Shown: positions 47,246-56,972 of the stretch, piece after piece
Layout: each line of letters begins with the position of its first letter
Numbering within the stretch: position 1 is the first letter of the stretch
Origin: a bacterium
GTDB taxonomy: Bacteria; Patescibacteriota; Minisyncoccia; Moranbacterales; UBA2206
Direction: 5' to 3'
Length of the DNA: 64,000 nt
Assembly: GCA_043725085.1 (NCBI GenBank)
Contig: JAYSLY010000007.1
Coordinates: 1,471-65,470, forward strand
Program-made: the position numbers and the translations under genes
The notes under the pieces: model-generated
Told to the model about the DNA's origin: nothing
What the model saw: the letters and a program-made list of their open reading frames with translations, nothing else
Databases searched by the model: none

Positions 47246-48394
47246 TTAGAGGGTTATGCGATAGAGTTTTCCGTCTATTCTGTTTGTGAAAAACAAAATA
47301 CTTTCGTTAATGTCCAGAAAGGGATTTGCCGCGTCATATTTTTCGGTGATTTTATTTAAATCAATGATGCGATTTTTTTCTCCGGTGGTTGTGTTAATTT
47401 TCCAAAATGTATCGGTAGTGTGGAATTTTTCTTGGTCGTAGTCATTTGGCATGATGGCAGACGCGGGGACTTCTCCGGGCATTGCGCAATAAACAGTCAC
47501 ATTATCCTTGGCCCATGTGCATTTGGAGGTAAGTGAGGGAAAATCGAGATTCTTAAATTCACCGCCATTGGAATTGATCGTGGCAAGTTGGATTTTTGTG
47601 GAGCCTTTAGTGTCGGAATAGCTGACAAGAGCCATTGTTCCATCTTTATTCCAAAGATAGTCTGCTCCGAAAATGCCTTTTAGAAGGCTTTTTTCTTCCC
47701 CGCCAATTAGGGGAACTGATTTTAGGGTGGTTTCAAAGAAAGAATCGGGCTTGTTCCAAAAAGAAACTAAGCTACTTTTCGGGATTTGCGCAATCGAAAC
47801 ATTGCGAAAATCGATATCAGCCAATTTTGTCCAATTGGTTCCGTCCGGATCAGAGATGTTTAGGGTTCTTTTTTTGGTGGCAGCGTCGTAGTATTTGTAG
47901 AAAATACGGTTACTGCTATTTTGCCAGGCGATTTCGTCTACATTTTTCTTAAGCGGTGTGCTTTGTAGCGTGGTGTAGTCGTAGGAATAAAACTTTGTCG
48001 CTCCGGCACTCATAAATTTTGTGATTACTTTATTTTTGTCCGGTGACCACGAAACATCAGAAATCCCAATTAGCTCTTTGTCGGAAAAGGTTCTTTTGTT
48101 GTTGCCATCAAAATCAATCTGGTAGACTCGCCCGCTATTTTTGGAATAATATTTGATAGCATCACTGCCGCTGGCAAGTGTCGGGGAAAGCACGGCTTCA
48201 TCGGAAATGGCGGTTATGGGGTCGGTGCTGACCTTTGGTGGAATCTGGGGAGCGACAATTGTCGGAGCTTTTATTTCCGGGGCCTGAGCGACTTCCGTTG
48301 GTTTTCTAAACGCTAAATTATAGACACCAAAAAACAGCAGTGCAACGCAAAAAAGCGCAAGAGAAATAAAAAAGATTTTTTTGTTGAGAGGCAT
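47246..48394 (-). CDS. membrane-anchored beta-propeller (TolB-like) repeat protein
   Basis: N-terminal TM helix. Repeated D..G.....F motifs. Confidence 0.4.
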   Translation of the reverse strand: MPLNKKIFFISLALFCVALLFFGVYNLAFRKPTEVAQAPEIKAPTIVAPQIPPKVSTDPITAISDEAVLSPTLASGSDAIKYYSKNSGRVYQIDFDGNNKRTFSDKELIGISDVSWSPDKNKVITKFMSAGATKFYSYDYTTLQSTPLKKNVDEIAWQNSSNRIFYKYYDAATKKRTLNISDPDGTNWTKLADIDFRNVSIAQIPKSSLVSFWNKPDSFFETTLKSVPLIGGEEKSLLKGIFGADYLWNKDGTMALVSYSDTKGSTKIQLATINSNGGEFKNLDFPSLTSKCTWAKDNVTVYCAMPGEVPASAIMPNDYDQEKFHTTDTFWKINTTTGEKNRIIDLNKITEKYDAANPFLDINESILFFTNRIDGKLYRITL

Positions 48395-48412
48395 GGATTA
48401 GATTAGTTTAAT

Positions 48413-49279
48413 TTAATATCCTCGTTGACAATTATTGGTGCTGACATGCACATGATTTGCTTCACTTGACTCATCTTTGATGGATTTGTCTGATATGCCA
48501 CATTCTTTGGCAGCAGTCGTTATGTTTCCGACAGTTAAGCCTGTTGTGGTGGAAATGTCGACTGCTTCTGATTTTCCTCCGGCCACACCTCCATAATGGC
48601 AAGAACCTTTTTCGTGAGCACATGGCGGTTTGGCGTAGCCGGTGCCGCTGCACTTATCTAGTCCAGCGCTATCTGAAATGGAATTGATGGTCATTTTTGA
48701 TCCGAGCTTGTTTCTCAGACAAACAATGAGTGTTTGCAAAGAAGAAGACGCATCGCCCATTTGAGAATCAATGCCTGATTGAAATTTGAAATTTTCTTTG
48801 GAATAGCCGGATATTGGCGCTTCAGTGGAGGGAGTCAGGGAGCCAACGGATGAGCTGGTGGTTGAGCAAGAAAAGCTGGTCCAGCTTTTTCCTTCAATGC
48901 CAAAGGCACCTTTATCGCCTTCTTTTTTAGCGGAAAATACCCAAAAAACAGTGTTGATAATGAGCCAGGCACCAAGCATTAAGGAAAATCCAATCACAAC
49001 ACTTTGGATAAAACCTTTGGCTTTTGTGGCAAAAGTAGGGTCACCGGAGGAAACGACATACATGATGCCGGCGATGGATATGCCGGTTATGGAAATGGTT
49101 ACAATTATTTTCATTCCCCAATTGATGAGACCTTGAATTCCGATGAGAAAATGACAAAGCGTGCATGGGTCGGTTGCGCCAAGGCCGCAAGGAACGAGTC
49201 CACTGGCGGCATTAGCTTGAGAAAAGGTAAGAAGGAAAAGAGAGAAGCTGAAAAATAGAAAGAGGATTTTTTTTAGCAT
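48413..49279 (-). CDS. secreted protein with pilin-like topology (signal peptide + two hydrophobic helices) fused to a LAS-type (M15/M23-like) metallopeptidase-like C-terminal domain
   Basis: N-terminal LVPCGLGATDPCTLCHFLIGIQGLINWGMKIIVTISITGISIAGIMYVV. C-terminal SCHYGGVA...AVDI and ANHVHVS (SxHxxGxA..D and HxH). Confidence 0.4.
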   Translation of the reverse strand: MLKKILFLFFSFSLFLLTFSQANAASGLVPCGLGATDPCTLCHFLIGIQGLINWGMKIIVTISITGISIAGIMYVVSSGDPTFATKAKGFIQSVVIGFSLMLGAWLIINTVFWVFSAKKEGDKGAFGIEGKSWTSFSCSTTSSSVGSLTPSTEAPISGYSKENFKFQSGIDSQMGDASSSLQTLIVCLRNKLGSKMTINSISDSAGLDKCSGTGYAKPPCAHEKGSCHYGGVAGGKSEAVDISTTTGLTVGNITTAAKECGISDKSIKDESSEANHVHVSTNNCQRGY

Positions 49280-49291
49280 AAAATTTTTTAA

Positions 49292-49741
49292 TTATCTGGG
49301 AAAAGCTTTTCCGTTGGGGCAAAAGCTGAGACCAAATTCTTGCCCGGCTAAATTATCATTGGCGAAACTGGAAACACGCAGGGAAACATTTAGTGAGCAG
49401 GCTTGGTTTTGGGTTATGTTGAGTAATTGCAAGAAAGCCGCTTCCGCCTTTATTCTGGCTGATGTAATATCTGCGCCTTTAATGTCAATCAGAAAACTTC
49501 TATCTTTGGTGCCAAAATCAAAATAGACGATATCATAGTCGGAAGTGCTTTGCGCTAGTGTATCTTGCGGAGACAATTTTTTCGCTTCAGGTGTCGTTTT
49601 TATGTTGTTGATTGGAAGGCTGCCCTGGGTGGTTTGGACTGAAATAGTTGCTCCTTCCTTGGGAAAAAACACAGAATAAAGCCAATAAGAGGCAATAATA
49701 ATTAGCACGATACCAACAATGACGTAGATATTTTTTTTCAT
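49292..49741 (-). CDS. small membrane-anchored secreted protein (149 aa)
   Basis: Single N-terminal TM helix. Confidence 0.4.
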   Translation of the reverse strand: MKKNIYVIVGIVLIIIASYWLYSVFFPKEGATISVQTTQGSLPINNIKTTPEAKKLSPQDTLAQSTSDYDIVYFDFGTKDRSFLIDIKGADITSARIKAEAAFLQLLNITQNQACSLNVSLRVSSFANDNLAGQEFGLSFCPNGKAFPR

Positions 49742-49771
49742 AGCAGTAAGGTTATAATTTAATTTTTTTGT

Positions 49772-50869
49772 TTATAGCCCGCATTTATTGGCTGTGTTTA
49801 CCCAAGGGCTTGTATTGGAACCATTAGAGCCACTACTTGGCAAGTTGCAAGCGGCTGTGATGTTCATTTGACCATTTTTCAGTTTATTAAGACATTCTGT
49901 GTATTTTGCCATGTCCTTAACTTCGCAATCGCGCTTTTTGCAATAGGATAATCCGCTAGAATTAGTGACTGTTTCCAGGCAGGTGCCTTGAGGTCCACTA
50001 CCATTTACAGTGAAAATATCAGATCCTTTGCATCCGATAGATCCAGCGCTCGTGATCATATTTATTTGAAATAAGCCAATTGAAAATGCGTTTCCATCTT
50101 TGCATCTGTCAGTGCAATTGTCTGTGGTACTCGCGCATTTATTTGGGTTTCCATTCGATTCGACACTGCAAATTTTTGACATTTTTTCAGCATTTGATCC
50201 AAAGCAACCAGTTTGCAGATTAGTTATGGTGCAATCTCCCCCGGGTACTGGTGTGCAAGTTCCTGTACTGGTTCCGTTATTGCCAGTATTGCTACTACTA
50301 TTACTACCAGTAGTGTCATAGTTATTACCGCCGATTTGCACTAGAGCGGGGTTGATTGTATAGAGAAGGATGTATGACGTGAGAGCGAGGATTACTCCGG
50401 CAATCGCATCAACGATGTAGCCCTTGGCAGTGCCCATTGTGCTGGTATTTCCGCCACTTGTGATATACATGAAAGCACCGATAGAGATCATAAGCATAGC
50501 GGCGATGCCAACGGTCCAGAGGCCAAACTGATAAAGTTGCAAAATATATGCGGTACTATCCCCGGTTTTAGGGAATCCGGGAATTGCTTCCATGGGGACA
50601 TAGGGGAAGGCTTGTTGTGGTTGGTTTTGTGTTGTAGTTGCTGGCTTCTGGTATTGTTTGCATCCAGAGATAGTGGCACATGTCCCTGTTGTTTTTGAGC
50701 TATACCCAGATTGGCAACCAGTGGAAGAATTGCTATCAATGCAAACATCTCCAGTGCTAGGAACGCAACACCAGGGAGTGCTTGATTCTGCATAAGCATT
50801 TTTGACTAGAAAAAAATCAAAAAGTAAAACCGCAGCCAGGATTAAGGATAATTTTAGGTTATTTTTCAT
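49772..50869 (-). CDS. secreted protein with pilin-like two-helix segment fused to a lytic transglycosylase (SLT/VirB1-like) domain
   Basis: Signal peptide and a Cys-rich region. Hydrophobic pair AYILQLYQFGLWTVGIAAMLMISIGAFMYI...GVILALTSYILLY. SLT motifs CSVESNGNPN and AFSIGLFQINMITSAG. Confidence 0.5.
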   Translation of the reverse strand: MKNNLKLSLILAAVLLFDFFLVKNAYAESSTPWCCVPSTGDVCIDSNSSTGCQSGYSSKTTGTCATISGCKQYQKPATTTQNQPQQAFPYVPMEAIPGFPKTGDSTAYILQLYQFGLWTVGIAAMLMISIGAFMYITSGGNTSTMGTAKGYIVDAIAGVILALTSYILLYTINPALVQIGGNNYDTTGSNSSSNTGNNGTSTGTCTPVPGGDCTITNLQTGCFGSNAEKMSKICSVESNGNPNKCASTTDNCTDRCKDGNAFSIGLFQINMITSAGSIGCKGSDIFTVNGSGPQGTCLETVTNSSGLSYCKKRDCEVKDMAKYTECLNKLKNGQMNITAACNLPSSGSNGSNTSPWVNTANKCGL

Positions 50870-50884
50870 TTATATATCTCTGTT

Positions 50885-53761
50885 TTAAAATTCATCGAAC
50901 GTTCTTTTTGGTAGCACGAAAAAAATGATTTTTATGGCGAGAATGATAGCGAGTCCGGAAAGGGCCATGCGGAAAAGAAAGGCGAAATAGCTGGGGATGC
51001 CGGAAGAAACAGTCGCAAGAACTTTTCCGGGTGAAGTTTCTTTTTGAGAAAGCGTTGTGTCATTGCTTACCATTTCAATTTCAATGTTATGCGTCAATTT
51101 CTTCTCATAGAATTCATTATAGGTGACATCCCAATATTTGTTAAGCATTTGGCGCATCGAGTTGGTGGGTGTGAAGGTGGTGGAGAGAGAGATGATATAT
51201 TTTTCACCAACATTTTTTGGCGGAAGGGTTAATCTTCCAAAGTGCGCCGTGTCAATCATGTATCCATAGTTCCTGGCATTGTCGGCGTTGATAGTTGTGC
51301 CATCAATATTCCATTGATAGGGACAATTTGATGATTGACCGGCAGTGTCATTGAAATTTTCTGTTCCAACTGTTCCGGAAAAGACAGGTGTTAGCACTAT
51401 ATTATTTCCCGTTCGTGCCTGAAAACTTGTGTCGCTGTGATCAGGATAGGACGTGTTGTTGAAATCTTTATATTCCCCCAAAACTAAACCGAGACAAGTT
51501 GGCTTGCCCGAAGTGTCCTGGTTATCCTTTCCTTCCGGCACAATTTTTACGTCCGGCGATGAGATTTTGAAAACTTTGCTTAGATCGATTCTTTTTCCGG
51601 TTGTTTTGTTGAGTGCGGACAGGCTGATATTATATTGATCACCAATGTTTTTTAGGACAGGAAAATAGATGGTAGTTCCTGTTTTGCCACTAGCATCAAA
51701 ACAGTCTTTGAAATGTTCGTCAGCGCAAGTCAATGGCGCTCCGTCAACTGTCCAAAGAAAATCAGTGTAGGTTGGGTTTGCTGCAGTTCCATTGTCAATT
51801 TTCATTCCAATCAGTTCATCTTTTGCTACTTCGCAGACTGCTGCTGGCACCGGGCTAGTTGTTATTGAGCCATCGGATTTTTTTTCCGGTATGTCTGCAA
51901 GGCATCTTTCATCACTGGTTCCGCTGGCGTTAATTTCTGCGGTAGGCGTTGCATCGGATTGATTGAGGTAGACAAGGCCTGCTGTATAAACCTTAATATA
52001 TTCTCCGGAGGAAGAAATTGGCGTGGTGATGTCGGCGTGACCTTCTCTTTCCGCTCCTCCTCCGGCGAGAGTTTCTTTTACAGTCACTTTTACTTTGAGA
52101 TATTTTTTCGGGCTTGGGAAATTTAAATTGAATTTAAGTGTATTAATCCCCAATCCGGAGGTTTGCGTGGATCCATCTAGGGCAGTTTTTGGAAGTGGAT
52201 TTCCCCAGTCGTCCGGATTTGCTTCATCGCTGGCATAAACTTCCCATGTGTAGCTGAGGTAGGCGGCGTTGTTGGCGTTAGGAACTGAAGCGGTGAGGCT
52301 GAGCGTATCACCGTTTTTACTGGAAGAGGTATCGTTGATTGGATTTTCCGGTAAATATTTGAGTGAAACGTCAAGTTTTTCTTTCGCGCCTCCTCCCTCG
52401 GTGGGTGTTACGAGATTTTCATAAAGACAATCATTCAAGTTATTAATATCAAAATTAGTCATTTTGATTGACTTGTATTCATCGGCTCCTGAGCAGCCGG
52501 TAGTGCCACTTTCCAGTTCGCTCGGAGAGCAGGTGTGGCTTGTGATTGTTTCATTCAGTTGAGTCTCGCTCAGTAATTGTGGGTCTGTACCGACATAGGT
52601 CACGACAGTGTGGATGGTGGTAGTTGTTCTGATTGTGGCATTGTCATTAACTTGGTTTGTGTTAGGAGCAATATCCTCAACTGTTTTTGTGGAAATGGTT
52701 GTGGTGTAGTCTGTGGCGGCGGGAGGCGGAACGCTTGTGCTTCCGGAAATTGCTTTTGTGTTTGGGTAGGTCGTGGTGGTGTCTTCGGTTGTTTTTGGAT
52801 AATCGGAATTACCTGTGCCTGCTTTGATATTATTTTTGTCGCCACATGTATTTTTAGTGAATGCCCACATAGTTTCATAGGATGAGTCAGATATTTGGGT
52901 TGGTTGAATTGAAACGCCTTCTACGGCAACGCCGACCTGATCTCCTGCCGAATAGGAAAAGGAAAAAACATTTTCACCTAAGCCAACAATATTGGCTTCA
53001 TCGGGATGGCCTGTTCCGGCCGTGTCTTTATTTTTTGGATTAGTGTGCCAAAATTTTTCCTCGTTAGCGTCAAATTCATTATCACCGGTTGTATGTCCGG
53101 GAGCGTTGGGGAAAAGATGGTGGCACGCTATTTCATTGTCATCGCCACTTTTAACATCATGCACGAAGCAGTGTTCTTTTTTACCTCGTTGGTCATCTCC
53201 GCCAAAAGGGGCACTGTATCCATCATTGTCAGTGTCACTGGAGTAATCGGCGTTTTGCCAGTCGAAATCATTACTAGCCAGTATTCGCATAGCTTTCATT
53301 TTGTAGTCTTCGATATCAACCTCACCGTCTCCATTGAGATCACAGGCCTTAAAATCATCACTTTTTTTGTAGTCAGAAGTGTATTTGTCGTGGTCTAGTT
53401 TGTCATCAAAGCATCTGGCGCTTTTGATATACCACGTGAAATAGAGGTTTTCCGGCATATTCATGAAGTAGGATGGCGTGGTGGTGACAGTCACTTTTTC
53501 CCCCGGCACTGGGTCGACCGGATCAAAGGTGAGTGAAACAGTGGGGGGCGTGACTTTTTTTCTGGCAACATTGACTGATTTCATCGTGTTTTGTATCTCG
53601 TCTTTGTTGACACCAAAAGCGCCCATGACGGTGTCCATAAGCGCCATTGGATTACCCAAGGCAACGCCCAATAGATCGGCGTGAGCCGGCGCGGCGGTCA
53701 GTGAAAAAATATTGATGATAACCAAAAAAGTGATTATGGCTTTTTTAATTCTTGTTTTCAT
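50885..53761 (-). CDS. large (~958 aa) surface protein with a signal peptide, acidic Ca-binding-like repeats and a C-terminal TM anchor
   Basis: Start at the ATG giving MKTRIKKAIITFLVIINIFSLTAAPAHA. DLNGDGEVDIEDY and DTDNDGYSAPFGGDD repeats. C-terminal LSGLAIILAIKIIFFVL. The ORF-track start at 53899 is an upstream extension. Confidence 0.5.
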   Translation of the reverse strand: MKTRIKKAIITFLVIINIFSLTAAPAHADLLGVALGNPMALMDTVMGAFGVNKDEIQNTMKSVNVARKKVTPPTVSLTFDPVDPVPGEKVTVTTTPSYFMNMPENLYFTWYIKSARCFDDKLDHDKYTSDYKKSDDFKACDLNGDGEVDIEDYKMKAMRILASNDFDWQNADYSSDTDNDGYSAPFGGDDQRGKKEHCFVHDVKSGDDNEIACHHLFPNAPGHTTGDNEFDANEEKFWHTNPKNKDTAGTGHPDEANIVGLGENVFSFSYSAGDQVGVAVEGVSIQPTQISDSSYETMWAFTKNTCGDKNNIKAGTGNSDYPKTTEDTTTTYPNTKAISGSTSVPPPAATDYTTTISTKTVEDIAPNTNQVNDNATIRTTTTIHTVVTYVGTDPQLLSETQLNETITSHTCSPSELESGTTGCSGADEYKSIKMTNFDINNLNDCLYENLVTPTEGGGAKEKLDVSLKYLPENPINDTSSSKNGDTLSLTASVPNANNAAYLSYTWEVYASDEANPDDWGNPLPKTALDGSTQTSGLGINTLKFNLNFPSPKKYLKVKVTVKETLAGGGAEREGHADITTPISSSGEYIKVYTAGLVYLNQSDATPTAEINASGTSDERCLADIPEKKSDGSITTSPVPAAVCEVAKDELIGMKIDNGTAANPTYTDFLWTVDGAPLTCADEHFKDCFDASGKTGTTIYFPVLKNIGDQYNISLSALNKTTGKRIDLSKVFKISSPDVKIVPEGKDNQDTSGKPTCLGLVLGEYKDFNNTSYPDHSDTSFQARTGNNIVLTPVFSGTVGTENFNDTAGQSSNCPYQWNIDGTTINADNARNYGYMIDTAHFGRLTLPPKNVGEKYIISLSTTFTPTNSMRQMLNKYWDVTYNEFYEKKLTHNIEIEMVSNDTTLSQKETSPGKVLATVSSGIPSYFAFLFRMALSGLAIILAIKIIFFVLPKRTFDEF

Positions 53762-54420
53762 TTCGTAAGATAAATAATATACGCGTCTAGGAATATTATA
53801 ACAAAAATACTCATAAAATACGAATAGAAAAATGATTTTGTTTTGTAGGCAAGAAATCCTGCGGTGACTGAGAGTAGGACAAGTGAGGCTGATTGCCAAG
53901 AAAGGGCTTTAGTAAAAAAAAGTAGCGTGAAAAATAGAATTGCTTGCACAGCAATTGCCCAATGTTTGAATTTTTTTTGCAAAACAGAAAGGAGAAAGCC
54001 TTGGAAGAAAAAACTGGAAGCAAAAACTGTGAAATTGACGATTAATAATTCATAGGCTAAAAATAGCCAAAAATTGTTTTTTATGTAATCTGATAATGTG
54101 TAGTTAGCCTTAAATTGGGTGTAATTTAGCATTAAATACAGTAAAAAAAGTGTAAAAAGTGCGGTGATTGCTCCCCAAGCCAGAGAAGTTATTGGATTTT
54201 TCAGATTGCAGCCAAAATCGGCGAGATCTTTTTTCAGAATAATTTTTACATAAGCAATCGGGAGAAGAATGAGAAAAAATAAGTTTTTTGTGATAGTTTG
54301 TACGGAGTTTTGGGTGGGAAAAACAGCGCTGGAGAAAAGACAAATGAGCGCCAGACCAAAACCGACCAGCAGTTCTTGGTTATCTTTCAAAAAATTTCGT
54401 GGTGTTTTTTGGCGGTACAT
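53758..54420 (-). CDS. polytopic membrane protein, possibly a CPBP/Abi-family-like intramembrane protease with degenerate motifs
   Basis: Six to seven TM helices. YELLIVN...FQGFLL and FKHWAIAVQ. Confidence 0.3.
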   Translation of the reverse strand: MYRQKTPRNFLKDNQELLVGFGLALICLFSSAVFPTQNSVQTITKNLFFLILLPIAYVKIILKKDLADFGCNLKNPITSLAWGAITALFTLFLLYLMLNYTQFKANYTLSDYIKNNFWLFLAYELLIVNFTVFASSFFFQGFLLSVLQKKFKHWAIAVQAILFFTLLFFTKALSWQSASLVLLSVTAGFLAYKTKSFFYSYFMSIFVIIFLDAYIIYLTK

Positions 54421-54436
54421 ATAAGTTAATGCTGCG

Positions 54437-55006
54437 CTAGTCTTGGTAGGCGTAGGCAGCTGTCATTCGGGCGGCTTCTCTTTGTTCTTCTGCGGCGGCT
54501 TCTCTTCTGTTTTTTAGGATTAAAATAAAAATAACAAATGTCGTGATTGTTTCCAGGGGAAGAAAGTCTATGATAGGCAGCATTTCAAGAACGGTGCCGG
54601 CAATGAGAACTTTCCATTTATCAGGAGTAAAAATACTTTTTATCATGGATCTTTTCTTGCTTTGGCGCAACCCGGCACCGCAAAGAAGCATAGCCGCCCA
54701 GGTAATAATTCCGGCCATAAAGGCTGTAACTACGCCAAGAAGCTGTAGGCCAGGAACGGCATTTGCGACAAAATCGACAATGTCTTTCAGGAGAGAGCTC
54801 ATTATGGCAATGGCAAAAAAGAAATCTGTGAGCTGGATAAATTTTCTAAGATGTTCGGTGTCGGTAACTTCGGCTTCTCTGGCGATTTCATTGGCTAGTT
54901 TTCCTAGACTCTTTTTTTGCTTATTAACTTCAAGCTCTCTCTTTTTTTCTGCATCAGCCGCTCTTTGCGCCTCTAGGCGTTGTTGGTTTTCTTCTTCTTT
55001 TGACAT
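54437..55006 (-). CDS. membrane protein with a charged coiled-coil N-terminus (possible T4SS accessory component)
   Basis: N-terminal EENQQRLEAQRAADAEKKRELE, then three TM helices. Confidence 0.35.
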   Translation of the reverse strand: MSKEEENQQRLEAQRAADAEKKRELEVNKQKKSLGKLANEIAREAEVTDTEHLRKFIQLTDFFFAIAIMSSLLKDIVDFVANAVPGLQLLGVVTAFMAGIITWAAMLLCGAGLRQSKKRSMIKSIFTPDKWKVLIAGTVLEMLPIIDFLPLETITTFVIFILILKNRREAAAEEQREAARMTAAYAYQD

Positions 55007-55009
55007 ATC

Positions 55010-55045
55010 GCATAATTTGAAATTTCAAATTTCAAATTTAAAATT
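55010..55045. repeat. AT-rich palindromic repeat (copy B)
   Basis: aatttgaaatttcaaatttcaaatttaaaatt immediately upstream of the ATG at 55006. Confidence 0.45.
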
Positions 55046-55052
55046 ATGGAGC

Positions 55053-56897
55053 TTATTCTTCCTCGCTAAATTCCTTCTTTGCCCTTTCGATGTCTAGCAG
55101 TTGCGACGGGTCGGTAGTGATGATTTGATCTTCAGAATAGGACGCAACGACTTTGATGGCGACGTGATTTGTGCCGGCAAAAAAGATGCCCTCTCCCACG
55201 TTGCTTTCGAGGAGCAAGAATTTTTCTTGATCAGTGAGATAGAATGTGTCAGAAATCACATCAATTCCGGCCGGCGATTGCTTGAGCAGGAGCTGCAAAG
55301 ACGAGTTGGTCACAATCGCTTTGCCATAGCGAGAAGAAAGAAAGTCGTTCACATCTTGTGTGATGGTGGTGAGTCCGGTGAAATATTTTCGGCAGCGCTT
55401 GGCGATACCAAAAAGGAAAGAAGCGGCGTCTTCATATTTCATCATTACCCAAGCTTCATCAACCAAAACTAGGCGCTTTTTCATGTTGGTGCGCATTTCA
55501 TTCCAGATAAATTGCAAGATGGTGTACATAGCAACCGGACGCAATTCCTCTTCCATATCGCGGATATTAAACACCACCAGCTGATTATCAACTTTAATGT
55601 TAGTGGCGTGATTGAGAAATCCGGCGAAAATTCCTTCGGTGTATTTTTCCAGGCGAACAGCCAAAACCTCTCCGCCGTCCAGGCTGCGCAAGACTTGATA
55701 GAGGTCGGACATTGTTGGGAAAGAATCTTTGCTTAAAGCATTTAAATCCGCTTCCGCAGTGATGTCTCTAATTGAATAAGTTTCGTGGATTGCTCGATCC
55801 AAAACAGAATCTTCTTCCGGAGTGATTGATCCGAGCATGATGTGGAGTAGTCCCAGGAGATTGGCAATGTTATTGCGCAAAATATCTTCCGGGTCATCAT
55901 CTTCTCCGACATGCGGCAGGTCAAAAGGATTGAGATGGTTGGTCGAATTGAGGGAAATCTTGATGAAAGTTCCTTCAACAGTGTCGCAGAGGTGACGGTA
56001 TTCATTTTCCGGGTCGATAATGATGACATCAGTGCCTACCATCATCGAACGCAAAACTTCCAACTTGACGGTATAACTTTTTCCCGCTCCAGACTTGGCA
56101 AAAACTACCATGTTAGCATTTTCCATTCCAAAACGGTCGAAAATAATCAAGCTGTTATTGTGGCGGTTAATGCCATAGAGGATTCCTGTATTAGATGAAA
56201 GAGTGGAAGAGACAAAAGGAAAGGTGGTGGAAAGCGGTGAGCTATTCATGTTTGTTCCCACGTCTAACTCGTCGTTGGCAAGGGGTAACGATGAGTTGAA
56301 GCCTTGTTCTGATTTGAAAACAGCCGGTTTGACATAGACTAATTGGGCTTCCAAAATAGCCTCAATGCTTTTTATGTTTTTCGTAACCGCTTCTTCGCTA
56401 TCGCCATAGGCGGTGATGTAGAGGGAAAAACGAAAAAATTTTTCTGTGCCTTGTTGCAGCTTATCTCTGAGTTCATCAATATCTTGTTGAGCGGTTTCCA
56501 GAGCGGGGTCTCTGATGAGGCCTTTGGTTTGTTCGATTTGAATCTGTGATTCAACTTGAGTGGCGCTTTTTTTCAAAGTTTTCAAAATATCATAGGTATC
56601 GACCGGATGAATAAACATGGAGATGTCAATCGGCATATCGATATTTATAATGGGAGAAAACCAATTACTGTGCAAATAGCGCGGATAGGCGATGATGAAG
56701 ATGGTTTGCGCAATCGTTTCTCCGATGCGAATCGATTTCGGCATAATTCTGATTGCGGCGGGAGCGATGATGTCGTTGAGCTTGGCCAGCCCTTCTTGAT
56801 AATATTTTTCCGATTCCAAAACCTCGTCTTGCGGTTTTGCGACTTTTTTTGCGGGAGCGGTTAGGCCCTCATCTTTTTTAGCGAATAAATTTAGCAT
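55053..56897 (-). CDS. virB4: VirB4/TraE-family type IV secretion ATPase (ATPase portion)
   Basis: AYPRYLHSNWFSPIINIDMPID. Walker A VVFAKSGAGKSYTV. Walker B region LVLVDEAW. Confidence 0.8.
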   Translation of the reverse strand: MLNLFAKKDEGLTAPAKKVAKPQDEVLESEKYYQEGLAKLNDIIAPAAIRIMPKSIRIGETIAQTIFIIAYPRYLHSNWFSPIINIDMPIDISMFIHPVDTYDILKTLKKSATQVESQIQIEQTKGLIRDPALETAQQDIDELRDKLQQGTEKFFRFSLYITAYGDSEEAVTKNIKSIEAILEAQLVYVKPAVFKSEQGFNSSLPLANDELDVGTNMNSSPLSTTFPFVSSTLSSNTGILYGINRHNNSLIIFDRFGMENANMVVFAKSGAGKSYTVKLEVLRSMMVGTDVIIIDPENEYRHLCDTVEGTFIKISLNSTNHLNPFDLPHVGEDDDPEDILRNNIANLLGLLHIMLGSITPEEDSVLDRAIHETYSIRDITAEADLNALSKDSFPTMSDLYQVLRSLDGGEVLAVRLEKYTEGIFAGFLNHATNIKVDNQLVVFNIRDMEEELRPVAMYTILQFIWNEMRTNMKKRLVLVDEAWVMMKYEDAASFLFGIAKRCRKYFTGLTTITQDVNDFLSSRYGKAIVTNSSLQLLLKQSPAGIDVISDTFYLTDQEKFLLLESNVGEGIFFAGTNHVAIKVVASYSEDQIITTDPSQLLDIERAKKEFSEEE

Positions 56898-56899
56898 GT

Positions 56900-56972
56900 A
56901 ATTGTGAATTTGAAATTTGAAGTTTTAAATTTAAAATGAAATCGAAATTACTAAATTTTAAATTGAAAATTT
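56900..56972. repeat. AT-rich palindromic repeat (copy C) forming the 75-nt gap that splits VirB4
   Basis: gaatttgaaatttgaagttttaaatttaaaatgaaatcgaaattactaaattttaaattgaaaatt. Confidence 0.45.

Noticed and set aside
51044-53684. Multiple plus-strand ORFs of 60-130 aa opposite the large surface-protein gene
   Set aside because: Antisense to a long continuous ORF that has a signal peptide and a C-terminal anchor. Cys/Gly-rich low-complexity translations.
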